Shown here in pieces: positions 14,592-29,248 of a stretch of 64,000 bases of DNA. A program made the position numbers and the translations under genes. Where the stretch lies: assembly GCF_009914755.1 (NCBI RefSeq), contig NC_060929.1; one strand, given 5' to 3'. The stretch comes from the human T2T-CHM13v2.0 reference genome, Homo sapiens. A model generated the notes under the pieces. It searched no databases. It was not told the origin of the DNA and saw only the letters and a program-made list of their open reading frames with translations. Each line of letters starts with the position of its first letter. Position 1 is the first letter of the stretch.

Positions 14592-14705
14592 CTGCAATTT
14601 TTTGGCAGTAAGTCTTCCAGAAATCATTCCTTTGTCATTATTTTGCTTTTTATGCTCATTGATCACTCCAATAATTCTTTGCTCTAGTTTGTTATTAATT
14701 ACCAC
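14592..14705 (-). CDS. DHX29: DHX29 coding exon 3 (114 nt)
   Basis: caacag|GTGGTAATT ... TTGCAG|gtattt; VVINNKLEQRIIGVINEHKKQNNDKGMISGRLTAKKLQ. Confidence 0.94.
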
Positions 14706-15897
14706 CTGTTGAGGCCAAAAAGGTCATATCATTTAGAAGCTAAATTATTAAAAAATTAAAAGCCAATCATACAGTTTTCTATATTCCTGCCAACCAAGCC
14801 CAAAATTTCAGCTAAAATCAGATACAGTAATTATCATTTTTTGGACTACCACCCATTTGACCACATTCCTATCATTTCTTTAAGAAAAAATGTGATATGA
14901 AAAAAGCAACAAGATAACACATGGCAAGAAAAAGCCTCTTGAGGGCAATGTCACGAGACATTGTCCTTGGACCACCCTTGGGTTGCTGTCACAAAGATTC
15001 CTAAGTTCTATCCCAAACATACTGAATCAGAATTCTTGGAGGGATTTAATGTAAACCACTGCAAGCACACAACCTAAAAGAATGAACACTATACTAAAAA
15101 CGGGTATAACAAGTAAAACTGAAAACTAAATATGTCGTAATAAGCTACACAAATTCTTTTGGCTTCTAGACTTTGATTCCTACTTTTTCCTACTAGCCAT
15201 TTTATTTTCTGTTCTTTTGTTATTTTTGACCTAAGAGTACACAAGCATCTACTTACAAAAATATCTTCCCTTTGTTACTTTTTAACTAAATGCCTACTAT
15301 AAACTAAGCACAAAAATATAATTCAGAAATTCACAGTCTAGCCCAGAAAATATATATAAAGAGACAAATTATAACCCAGCATGGCAATTCTCAAAAAAGA
15401 TATATCAAGTAATAGTAGAACCACCAAGAAAATCAACTTGGCGGTTGATAAAGGACTTCATAGAGGTCACAGAGGTGACAAATAAAAAGGGGAAATAAGG
15501 GCACTCTACGCAGAGAGTACATGGGTAAAAGCTAGAAGTTGTAAAATCACGGATTTAGAAGAACAAATGAGATATTCATGAGATGTCCCATGAACTAAAA
15601 TATTAAGTAGAGATCAGAGTAGCAGAGAGGAGGGTGAAACGGTATTCTAAGACAGACCTGAAAAAATGTATATGCCATGCTTAAGAAGTTTAGATCTTAA
15701 CCAGGCCTTCCTTCATTTCTTACTGTCTCTCAACATATGTGTATGATTTACTTATTTTTAGTAGAGATTAGCTCTTAGAGTACTATTTACAAAAATTTAA
15801 AACACCCCATCATTTTCTTACATTTAAGGATACATCTTTTTTGGGGGAAAAAAGGGGGAAACATTTCTTGAAATGACTCAAAACCTTTGTTACTTAC

Positions 15898-15971
15898 TTT
15901 CAAAATAGATTTATCCAGATTTGCAGGACCACTAGAATCATTTGTAGAATTAAAACTATAAATTTTTGGAC
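15898..15971 (-). CDS. DHX29: DHX29 coding exon 2 (74 nt)
   Basis: tttacag|GTCCAAAA ... TTGAAA|gtaagt; (G)PKIYSFNSTNDSSGPANLDKSILK. Confidence 0.95.
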
Positions 15972-16055
15972 CTGTAAATACAAATAGACAAGGCAATTTA
16001 ATGATTAATATCTATTACATTATTTTAATTTTCCTCTAAAGAATGCTAAATATTA

Positions 16056-16363
<308 letters not shown>

Positions 16364-16740
16364 AAAGAATGCTAAATATTAAATATTTGATTTCAGCTTT
16401 TTTCCCCAATACTTCACCAAATAACTCAATCTAGTAGCTAGCAATATCCTCTCTAAATTTTCAACATTTTACCAATTAGCATTACTCCATGTTAACCAGT
16501 TTCTCATAAAATGCAAATGCCTACATATCTTTTAGGTTAAATCTATCTTTATCCTCATATCTTTTAGTCAGATGCTTTTCTCCTGGCACTTAGCTGAGGC
16601 AAAACTTCTAAGATATGATTGTTGGCAGAGTAGATGGACAATTTTAAAGAGAAAGCACTCTTTCTTGAAGGTGGTATGCTAAGTGAAAAGGGAGGTGGGA
16701 GTTCCTATCATCTTTTCTCCTTGAACTCAAGTCCAGGGTT

Positions 16741-18027
<1,287 letters not shown>

Positions 18028-18115
18028 TTAATATAAATGATGCTTAAGATGAAATGTGACTATATTTTTCAAGACAAAAAATAATATCCGTTTTTGCAAA
18101 TCTCTTTAATATCTG

Positions 18116-18517
18116 GTATCTTAGTCTGCTCAGACTGCCACAACAAAATACCACAGACTGCTGGATGGCTTCACCATCAGAAATTTATTTCTCATAGTTC
18201 TGGAGGTTGGGAAGTCCAAGATTAGGGTACCAGCAAGGGAGGTTTCATTCTGAGGCCTCTTCTCTTGGCATGTAGGTGGCCATCATCTTGCTATATGTTC
18301 ACATGGCTTTTTTCTCTGTGCTTACTCAGAGAAACTGAGCTCTCTTGGGTATCTCATTTTATAAGGACACTAATCCTGTTGGATCAGGGCCCCATCCCTG
18401 TGATCTCATTTAACCTTATGTACTTCCTTAGAGCCCTTATCTCCAAATATAGCCACACTGGGGGTAAGGGTCTCAACATACTAATTTTTTGAGGACACAA
18501 ACATTCAGTTCGTAACA
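18116..18517 (-). mobile_element. MLT1A-like MaLR solo LTR
   Basis: tcttagtctgctcagactgccacaacaaaataccacagact...aaacattcagttcgtaaca. Confidence 0.8.
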
Positions 18518-18590
18518 TCTAGCTTCTGCATTCAATCTGCCGTAACATTACACATCATGTAGCCAACTGGACAACCTCACTGCATAATCA

Positions 18591-19127
<537 letters not shown>

Positions 19128-19726
19128 TTAAACATTAAATGTTCTTATGATTTTAAAGTCAAAGACTTTGCTCTCTGCTGGGTTACATTAGGTTCTTCAT
19201 TTTAAGATGGTAGCTAATATAATTAGATATTTTAAAAGAACAAAAGTTTTTGAGAATAACTACTTGAAATTAACTTGTACATCTGGGCAGTCTGAAAGAG
19301 AAACATTTGTGGTTCTCTGTCAATTACTGCTATGCTATAGTTATATCGGAGGTACCCAAAGCTACATGGCATATGTAAAAAGATAATAACAAGTCTGGTA
19401 TAGTATTGTTAGTTTCCTTATCGTCTAGTCTCAAACTTTACCTTAATTCTAGTAATCTCTCCTATAAATTCATGTCAATGGTCATAAAGGAGAGTATATA
19501 TTTAGTAGTCTTTAACTATTTCTGGGGAGTCTTATCAATTATAGTAAGCTTGTGCACAAATTTAGCATGCAGTTTTAGAGGTCCCCAAACACATCAAGAG
19601 GCCCCAGCTATAACCCTTTTAAAAAGTTACAGATAGATGAGCAGTACATTACCAAGACTACATGGAGAAACAGTTCAAAGTTCATATGCTACTGACAAGA
19701 GTAAGACTGTAAATTCCTTTAAAAAT

Positions 19727-19919
19727 GCCAGCCGGGGCAACATGGTGAAACCCCATCTCTACAAAAAATACAAAATATTAGCTAGGTGTGGTGGCTTGTG
19801 CCTGTAATCCCAGCTACTTGGGAGGCTGAGATGGGAGGATTGCTTGAGCCTGGGAGGCAGAGATTGTAGTGAGCCACTGGGCGACAGAGTGACCCTATCA
19901 AAAAAAAAAAAAAAAAAAA
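19727..19919 (+). mobile_element. Alu (partial)
   Basis: Right-arm Alu with poly(A). Confidence 0.88.
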
Positions 19920-21616
19920 CTGGTTGGTTTTTAATTTACCCAGTTGAAAAGATTAAAGTAAAATTCTCATTTGTCTCCTCCAAACATTTCACCTAAGAGT
20001 TTCAACTGTATCACTTCCTTGAAGTTGGCTTATACTGCAAACTTCCAGAGGGTAAACAAAAGAGCTGAGTTTCTGAAAAATGATCAGAGAAATCAAGGAA
20101 TCCTGCTCAACATTCACTGGGCCACGTTCACTTTTGCCAAGTAAAGTGCATAAGATTTATGACAGCTACTTTCCTTATTGCCTGGAGACTTTTACAATTT
20201 TTGGTTTTGTGTTTAAGATGGTGGAAGTTACTGGAAATCTGACTGGAAGTAAGGATGTTAGTATGCAATATCTCCAAGGCAAAGTATTATGAATTCCAAA
20301 TTTATAAATGAAAGGTCATGGAACGATGCAACATATATAGCTGGCTCTCAAAAATATTTATTACATTAAAGTTGAAGCACAGACAAACTGATTTCCTCAA
20401 AATGACTCAGCTAATTAAAAAAAAAAAATCAACCAGAATCAGTTTCTTATTGCCCAATAATCTTTTCTTTTGCTACATATTCTTTTTATACTGTATTTTA
20501 AAGGAAAAAGCAATGCTAATGACCCACTATGACTAAGACATTGACTTTGAGTTGTTAGCACTCTGATTCCCTTCTGATCGACAGTGTGTACATCTGCAGA
20601 ATGGTTAATCAGGCAAGGGACCCAAACAGGGACTCTGGTGGTAAACAGACCCAGTGCCTGTCCTCATGGAGCTTATATTCTGGAACAGTAATATAATTAG
20701 TAAGCAACTAATACTCAGATGAGTAATAAAGGGGAAGTGCAGAGTGCCAAGAAAATAGATGAGGGTGAATTGATGTAGTCTGAGCAATTAAGGCCTGTGA
20801 GGAAGTACACACTGCCAGGGCCGCCTGACTAATTATTTTGAAATGTAAACCAGCTAAAGTTTCTCCTCTACTTAATACCAACACCGGCCCCCACTTCCCA
20901 TTGAACTTGCTCTGGCTCCTTCCCAGACTTCCAGCCACATTTTAACTTTTTCTTTCTTCGCTCCAGCCACACAGCACTATCTTCTTACAACATGTCAAAC
21001 TTGTTTCCACCTTAGGGTTTTTAGGCTTGTTTTTCCCTCTGCCACAAATACTCTGCAGATCATCTCAGTTTAAATGTTTTCTAAGGGAAGCTATTCCTAT
21101 TTCAAACCAAAATAGACCCTCCATTCTCCATTTAATGTTTACCAAGTCACTATTTTCTGTTCCTCATAGCACTTTTTCTATTTTAGTGACCCTAAAAAAA
21201 AATTTATAATGGCTTTCATAAATTTATGACATCCATTCCCAATTCTTATTCCCCTCTTAAAATTTTAAGCCTCAACTAGGTTCAAGGATTTTCAGAAACA
21301 CAAGCCTCTTGGTTGGAAGAGAAAACTTAAATTACTGAACCTCTTATTTTGGTCTCAGTCATAACATGATAAAGCAGCTTAATTATACTTAGGCTAAGGA
21401 AGTGGCACTTCTAAAGCACAGGAATGGAAAGAAGAAAGAAAAGAAAAGAAAGGCAAAGAGAAGGACAGTAAAAGAAAGATGGGGAAAGGTCTTGCTATTT
21501 CTAGAACACTCCAGGCTTGCATCTCAAGGCCTTTCTGTTCCCTCTCCCCAGGAGACTCTTTACCCAGTCATCTGTGTAACTACTTTACCTGCCTCCTTTG
21601 CTTGCTCAAATGTCAC

Positions 21617-21906
<290 letters not shown>

Positions 21907-22559
21907 ACCTTCTTATATGATGCCTTCCTTCCCTGACCATCCTATTTAATACTGAACCTCTCCCCACCCTCCTCCCTATTCGGCCTCTTCAGAAATTCTT
22001 TCATGAGCAAATGAAATTAAAAAAAAAACAAGACTGGTATTACTTGTTGTGCAAGCCATTTGGTGATTCTGAACCTCTACGATAGAGGACAATTTTGACC
22101 AGCTGTGCCGTCAAATTGGAAAGATAAGGAGGGACGGAAGTAGAGTAGAACCATTACATCTACATTAGGAACTACACAGAGTTGAGCATTTTTCCACTTT
22201 TTTCTCCAAAATAGGTTTATTGTACGTTATACTATATATTAAAAGCACCCTAAAATAAACCCAAAAGTTATGTGCAAATTTAGTAGATAACCTCTAGTTT
22301 TTTTCTCTTGATTTCTTGGTCTTAATAATTCCTTTGAACTTTCCTTACCAGTTATCCAAGTAATTTTCTTCATGACAATATGCACAGCACTAGAGTAGAT
22401 ACTGGGGAAATGTTAACACATATCCATAAAACTGTTCCTACCTCCTGTAATTTTGTTGGATATATAAAACATATAATTCTTTACATATCATAAGGCAAGA
22501 ACTAACTATCAAAAAGAATGATTTAAACAACTATGATACGTCAGTTGTGAATAGCAGGA

Positions 22560-24000
22560 AGAATTCAAAAGGAAGTTGTTATCTGAAATGGGTATTTTAA
22601 GGTTTTGGTAGATGATGTTAGGGACAGATTGCACTCCATGAAGAAAAACATGGCAAGAATAAATACGAGGAAGGAGAAAGCTAAGAGCTCCATTTGGAGA
22701 AATGAAAACACACCAGACTTGCTATAGTTGAATAGAGGAATTATTAAAAGGTTAGAAAGAGGGTTTTAGAAGCTAGCTAAATGATTTGGATTTTATTGCA
22801 AAGTCAGTGAGGATGCCATGGAAGAAAATAGGAAGTGTTACGACCAAAGCAGCATTTCTGGAAGATCAGTCTGATGTTGATATGCAAGACCAACTGGAGG
22901 AAGCAAAATGAGCACAGCTGTGGAGCCCTATTAAAAGACTTCGTTGCTACTCCAGGAATTCACAGGTACCAAGACTAGGATGTGAACTACACAAATGCAA
23001 AGTGAAATATGGAAAAACAGAAACAAGGAAGTCGAAGAAAAAGTTAGTTTGGGGAAAGAAGAGTGGTTTAGTACTAGCCCTGTTAAATTTGAGATGCTTG
23101 CAAAAAATAGGGTCAGAGAATCCAGCAAAATGTATAAATTGCCAACTTGAGCTTGGAAGAGAGGCCATCTACAAAGGAAAAGATAGAAGTAATGGAAATA
23201 GATGAACACTCCTAGAAGGGCTTTAGGAGTGAACTATACTGTCAAGGATTGACACCTTGAGAAAGGGTCACAGTTTGGGGCTGGAGGAAAGGGAATTCAA
23301 AGAATACAACAAATGACTATCGGTTCAAATTCAGAGGAATGTCAGTAAAAGACAAAGGAAAAGTAAAAAAGAGGCTGATCCACAGAATAAAACTGCCATA
23401 GTTGTCAGGGAGAAATTCTATGTATTTGTAATTACAAGTATGCTAACTCTGTAGCTAACACTACAATAAATCGCAGGGCAAAGAACTGTTTCCACCTTCT
23501 AGGTAAAGGTCTGGTACCTGCCTACTTTTTCAGTCTCATCTCATTTCATCCTTTGGCGATGCTTTATGTTCTGTGAATTCCTCAAGAGCCCCAAGCTCTT
23601 TCCTGACTCAAACTTTTTACACATGATGTTCATTACGCCCGCCTGGAATACTAATTTCTGCCATGCTTCACAGAGTTAACTCCTTTTTCATTCTCCTCAT
23701 CTCAGCTTAACTGTTACATTTCCAGACACCATCCATGATACCTGCTCATCCCGAGAAAAATTAGATTACCCTGTTAAACTGTCTTCCCTGGCTTTTCTTT
23801 GTGGCACTTATCTATTATAAGGCTATAAATATGTCTGTGTGCGTTACCTATTAGTTAATACCTATCTCTGACATTAGACTGGCAAGCTCCATGAGGTGAT
23901 GTCTCTTTTTGCTCATCACATTCCTCACATCTTATCAGACACATACTAAATATTTGCATATATACACATAAATGCTCAGCAAATATTTCTTGAATACTCC
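22560..24000. mobile_element. Degenerate L2 LINE fragments
   Basis: L2-like purine-rich and pyrimidine-rich blocks; 3' end ctcagcaaatatttcttgaat. Confidence 0.5.
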
Positions 24001-24693
24001 AATAAGTACAAGCAAACAACCCGAGAAGAACACAACAGAATGTAATTGTTCATCTTTTGAGCTCAACCGTAATATGTGGCCTGCTCATCTGCAGCAGGAA
24101 TCGGCCATCTATAAGTTGAGTTGTCAAATCAATTTGTACAGTAAGCAAAACTGCATGGCGGCAGAAACGAGGGCAGACAATTTTACAATAGATTACACGT
24201 AACCAGTGTGTAACCAGTGTGTAAGTCCTGTAATTTTTATTAAGTATTGATTTTTCCAGAACGCATGGAGACACTAGATTGTTGCTGAAAATGATATGAA
24301 AAACTGACAGAAAATGGGGCTGGCTGGCACCAGGAGGTCAGGAACTCCACTCAGTACTCGTCTTTGCGTTAGCCTAGCTAGCTGAGATGGTGCTCAGGAT
24401 GAATTCCTGCTGAAACAGGAGCTAATGCAATTATTTTGTTTTTAGAAGGGGGAGAAGTGTGAGTTAAAAGAGAAATGCCAGGCTGCAACAGGGCTACTGT
24501 CAGAATTTTGGAGGCCCAAAGAGCTTAGACTTTTTTAATCTAAAACAAGGCCACCCCATGGGGAGGTAGCAGCTCGAGTGTTGGGAAATAGAAATGTTGG
24601 GCCCGAAGCTCCTCCCGGGTTCTAAGGCCCTTTCCTCAGGACAAGCAGCAAGGTCTCAGGGCAGACAGCCAGGGGCTGGGGGACCTCTCGTAC

Positions 24694-24880
24694 CTTGCTT
24701 GACACGGGGCTCCCTGGAGCCGGCAGCGGCAGCGGCAGCGGTGGCCGGCCTGGACACTGGCTTCTTGCTTTGGGCCTCCCCGGCAATTCCAGCCTCGGCA
24801 GATTTGGCTCTGGAAGCAGACACGGCGGCCCGGACCACCGCGGCCGCTGGAGCCTTGTGTTTCTTGTTCTTGCCGCCCAT
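24694..24880 (-). CDS. DHX29: DHX29 coding exon 1 (187 nt from ATG)
   Basis: Strong Kozak gcaacATGG; MGGKNKKHKAPAAAVVRAAVSASRAKS...AAAAAAGSREPRVKQ; donor CAAG|gtacga. Confidence 0.96.
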
Positions 24881-25320
24881 GTTGCAGCTGTGGCAGAAGA
24901 TCCTTCGCGGCCCAGGCCCCGACGGTACCACTGCACAGCCGAGAGCTCTTCACATTCCCCGGCTCCGGGGCTGCCACCCTGCGCTTCGATCCGGGCTTCT
25001 CGGGCCGGGGCGACCGCTGCCTCGCAATTGGTCGAATTCAGCAGGCTCCGCCTCCTTGAGTCGCCAGCTGCCTGCCACACGCCAGGCGCCACGCGCCGCC
25101 CTCGCTCTTTATCCACTGAGCAGCTTATCCACTTTAGGTCGGAAAGGAAAGGAAAGAAAAGCAGGAAAAAAAAAAAAAGTCAGGGGAACATTTTTGTCGG
25201 CTGCGCGACTCGACTACTTTTGTCTCCTGCGGGCCACTGTTGAGCCTTCACGAGACGTCACTGTCTTCGGTCGCGGGGCATCGTGGGTAGGAGGGAGATT
25301 TGCTCTCACTGCTCCCAAAA

Positions 25321-25454
25321 ATGGCGGACGCATTCGGAGATGAGCTGTTCAGCGTGTTCGAGGGCGACTCGACCACTGCGGCGGGAACCAAAAAAGACAA
25401 GGAAAAGGACAAGGGGAAATGGAAGGGGCCTCCAGGGTCTGCAGACAAGGCAGG
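25321..25454 (+). CDS. MTREX: MTREX coding exon 1 (134 nt from ATG)
   Basis: MADAFGDELFSVFEGDSTTAAGTKKDKEKDKGKWKGPPGSADKA; donor GCAGG|gtaagg. Confidence 0.96.
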
Positions 25455-25867
25455 GTAAGGAAGAAGTTCCAGTTGTTGCTTTTATTTTTTTTCTCGGTGG
25501 GGAGGAAGAAAACACTACTCTCTTAGGAAGAGCACGAGAAAGTGAAGTGTACATTGAGTGGCGTTGGAAGTGAAGGGGTTCCAGAAAAAAGTTGGAGAGG
25601 GTGGAAGAATGTTGGTTCGTGGAAGGGGGGTCTTGGCGTTTCCTGGTGTCTGCAGGCAGCGTGATCTTCTGCTTCAATTCCCTTACGTCGATGTTACTGA
25701 TTCTGTCCCCATCTTCGCGGTTGTCTCCTGCATCAGCACAACACCTGGCACATAGTCGTTAATAAACAAAACGAATGATTAGTTGAGTAAAAGGTGAAAA
25801 GGTTTAGAAAAAATGATATGAATTGATTTGGAGGGGAAAGGGCAGATAATAACATGAGAAGGGAGAG

Positions 25868-26016
25868 ACATTTAATCTCCAAGATGTAGTAGTTTTCTCT
25901 TCCGTAAAATGGAGATAATAGTGCCTACCACTGGTGGATATGAGGATTCAATGAGATACACGTGTAAAGTGCCTAACAGTGGTTAGCTAGCTATCACTAA
26001 TAAATGGTAGCTATCG
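25868..26016 (+). mobile_element. MIR SINE
   Basis: gtaaaatggagataatagtgcctacc...gaggattcaatgaga...taaatggtagctat. Confidence 0.7.
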
Positions 26017-26179
26017 TGAGTTTATTGAGAAAAAATTTAAAAATTACTGGACCCTACCCATATGTTTAGACTGGTGCATACAGCCACCAGAAAGTGTACA
26101 GATCTGTTTATAGTAGAACAAGGAAAAGCTATTACTTGTATTAAATAAAGTAAGATGATTAATTAACAATCAACAAAAT

Positions 26180-27330
26180 ATACTCTTGGCATTGTGGGGC
26201 CAGATACCCAATAGATGCTTGAAATTAAATTAGACATGATTTTGCTCTCAAGGAATTTTCGGTGTAGGGAAAGAGAACAGGTACCCATTAAAGAGTTACA
26301 GTATAGGTGAGGAGGTCGTTAACTTAAAATGAATGATATATACAATTAAGTGTTATAAAAGTTCAAGAAAGGGAGATCCTATTTCTGACTTTCAGGAAGG
26401 CTTATTTATATACAAGAGAATATTCTGAGTTAAGGAAATTGTGTTGTTAATGGTGCCAAGTTTGTTTGTTTTTAGGAGCATAAATTGAGCAAGAGGAACT
26501 GTTTCATTTAGGGACTACAAGAGATAAGACTGGGAATATACATTGATTTGAGAACATGAGGGGCCTTGAATATCAAGCAGAGGAGTTTTGATTTCATTTT
26601 TAAAACCCTGTTGAACAAGGTGATTGGATAAGTAGAATGATAGTTTAGGAAAATTAATTTGGCAGTGGTTGGCAGAGTACTATAATAGTATAGGGAAAGA
26701 AGATAGACAGTGAGAAAGTAAATTAGGAAATTATGTTAGTTATCTGGTTGTAAAGATGAAAAGAACCTCAACTCAGGCAGTGGCAGAGGAATGGAAAGGT
26801 ACGAACATGTTAAGGAAAAAATGGACAGGCCTTCATTAATTAAGGAAAACAAGGGAAAGGAAGTCAAAAGAGATGTTTAATTTGCATGTCAGGGTGAAAA
26901 AAACAGGGACGTTCAGAGGTTTTGATATAGTGATAACATTAATTTGGCTTGAGACAATGTGAAGGGATGCTAGTATGTCTGTAGGAAAATGTCCACTGGG
27001 TAGTTTTAATAGGGTTTTGGAGAGAGACCAGGACTGGAGGTATATATTTGAATATCATTTGAATTGGTCTCCTTGAGATAGAGATCTCTGTGGGGAAGTA
27101 AGTGACACAACACAGAACTTCTGGAGAGGGTACATAAGCCTAAATAAGAGATTAGAGGGATAAGAGAAAATTCTATCAGGAGTGCGAAATGAGTGGAACA
27201 AAGTGGAAAAATAGTCTACTCGCATTAAGTTGGATTGGGAGAGTTTGGGGAAGCTTTTCAGAGAAAATAAGAAAGGAGGACCAATTATTTTTATTTCTTT
27301 CAAGACAGGAAGTAATAGTTGCTAGAGTGT
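26180..27330. mobile_element. Degenerate L2 LINE fragments
   Basis: gggccttgaatatcaagcagaggagttttga...ggactggaggtatatatttgaatatc L2-like motifs. Confidence 0.5.
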
Positions 27331-27622
27331 TTGAATGGGCAACTATGATATTATGAAGACAATACATGTATAATTTACCATGTTAGTATATACTTTACCT
27401 CAAATTTGCTAGGATAAAATGAGTTTTATTTGCAGGTTAGTTGGGGTAAGCTGTTTGACAGCCTTCCAAAGTGAAAAGAGGAAATAAAAATCTAATTTAC
27501 ATTTCATTATATTAGGAAATGAATATTAGAGAAAGGAAATAAGAAAACACAGGAGAACGTTAGTAGCTTAAAGGGTTTTGTTTACTACCAACACTTCTAG
27601 CAAGGTCTTCTAGATATTTTTA

Positions 27623-28027
<405 letters not shown>

Positions 28028-28098
28028 TCAGAGGAACTTGCCCTTTATTTAGTATTCTAGATCAAGTGGATGCTTTTTAAAAAAATAGTTTCTTTACC

Positions 28099-28388
28099 TT
28101 TTAGAGATGGGGTCTCATTTTCTCACCCAGGCTGGAGTGCACTGGTGCTTAGCAGCTTATGGTAACCTCGAACTCCTGGCCTCAAGCATTCCTCCCACCT
28201 CAGCCTCCTGAATAGCTAGAAGTACAGGTACACACCACCATATCGGGCTAATTTTAAAAATGTTTTGTAGAGACGGGTGTCTCATAGTATGTTGCCCAGG
28301 CTGGTTTCAAACTCCTGGCCTCAAGCAGTCCTCCCACCTTGGCCTCTGAAAGTGTTGGGATTCCAGATGTGAGCCACTGTGCACAGCC
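28099..28388 (-). mobile_element. Alu (AluJ-like)
   Basis: agagatggggtctc...gagccactgtgcacagcc. Confidence 0.9.
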
Positions 28389-28921
28389 AGTGAGTACTTT
28401 TTAAAAAAACTTTATGAGAATTGTCAAACTATGTATTTTATATATAAAACAGTATGAAGAGCTTCATGTACTCATAACTCAGCTTCACCAATATCAAGTC
28501 ATGATCAGTCTATTCCTACATCTTTTTTTTTTAATCAAATGCAAGTTGTTTTTTCTCCCTAAATATTTCAGTATTTATGTCATCCAACAAAACTAACAAT
28601 AATTCCTTAATATCGTTAAATACTGAATCTGCAGTGAGATGTCCCCAGTTGTCTCGGATGTTTTTTGATCATTGGTAGTTGAATCAGGATTCAAACAAAA
28701 CCCTACACTGTTTTTATTGTTATGTCCCTTAAGTATTTTATGCTACAACAGCCTCCCTCTTTTTTCTTTCTGCCATTGATTTCTATTTTGGAGGGATGAG
28801 TGAAGGGAGAAACCAGGTCATCTATTCTGTGGAGTTTCCCACATCCTGGATTTGCTTTCTTAAACTGCCATTTAACTTGCTCCTGTATCCTCAAGTATCT
28901 TCTGTAAACTGTCCTCATCCC

Positions 28922-29248
28922 TAGAGCTGCATTTTGTGACATAATAGCCACTATCCTCACGTAGCTGTTGAGCACTTAAAATATGACTTGTCAGAATTGA
29001 GATGTTCGGTGAGTGTAAAATTCACACCAGAATTGGAAACGTTAATATGAAAATTGTAAAATATCTCCTTAATTTTAATTTGGTTATAATTGAAATGATA
29101 GTATTTTGCATATATTGGGTTCAATGAAAGATATTAAAATTTATTTCAACAGTTTCTTTTTACCTTTTTAAATGTGGTTATTAGAAAATTTTAAATTACA
29201 TATGCAGCTTGTAGCTTGTATATGTATGTATATATACTGGACTGCTCT
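28922..29248. mobile_element. MER33-like hAT DNA transposon
   Basis: atagccactatcctcacgtagctgttgagcacttaaaatatg...gtaaaattcacaccagaatt...aaattacatatg. Confidence 0.65.

Larger units (their letters stand above)
24590..25470. promoter_or_regulatory. CpG island / bidirectional promoter shared by DHX29 and MTREX
   Basis: GC- and CpG-rich island in an AT-rich window; divergent ATGs 440 bp apart; CCAAT (ATTGG 25027-25031), GC box GGAGGCGGAGCC (minus, ~25044-25055), near-CRE GACGTCA (~25254-25260), YY1-type AAAATGGCGG (25318-25327). Confidence 0.9.

Noticed and set aside
19993-20072. Possible 80-nt cryptic exon in DHX29 intron 1 (tttttcag| ... TAG|gtgaaa on minus)
   Set aside because: Good acceptor but weak donor; such pairs are common by chance and nothing else supports it
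24057-24190. Imperfect hairpin followed by AAATCA (ANANNA) and a later ACA, resembling an H/ACA snoRNA
   Set aside because: Second hairpin is weak, the putative H box overlaps the first stem, and it is antisense to the host intron; would need an Rfam/snoReport hit
24594-25343. 249-aa, 182-aa and 164-aa ORFs spanning the promoter on both strands
   Set aside because: Stop-codon depletion in a GC-rich CpG island; they overlap DHX29 exon 1 antisense or out of frame, cross the promoter and show no recognisable domain
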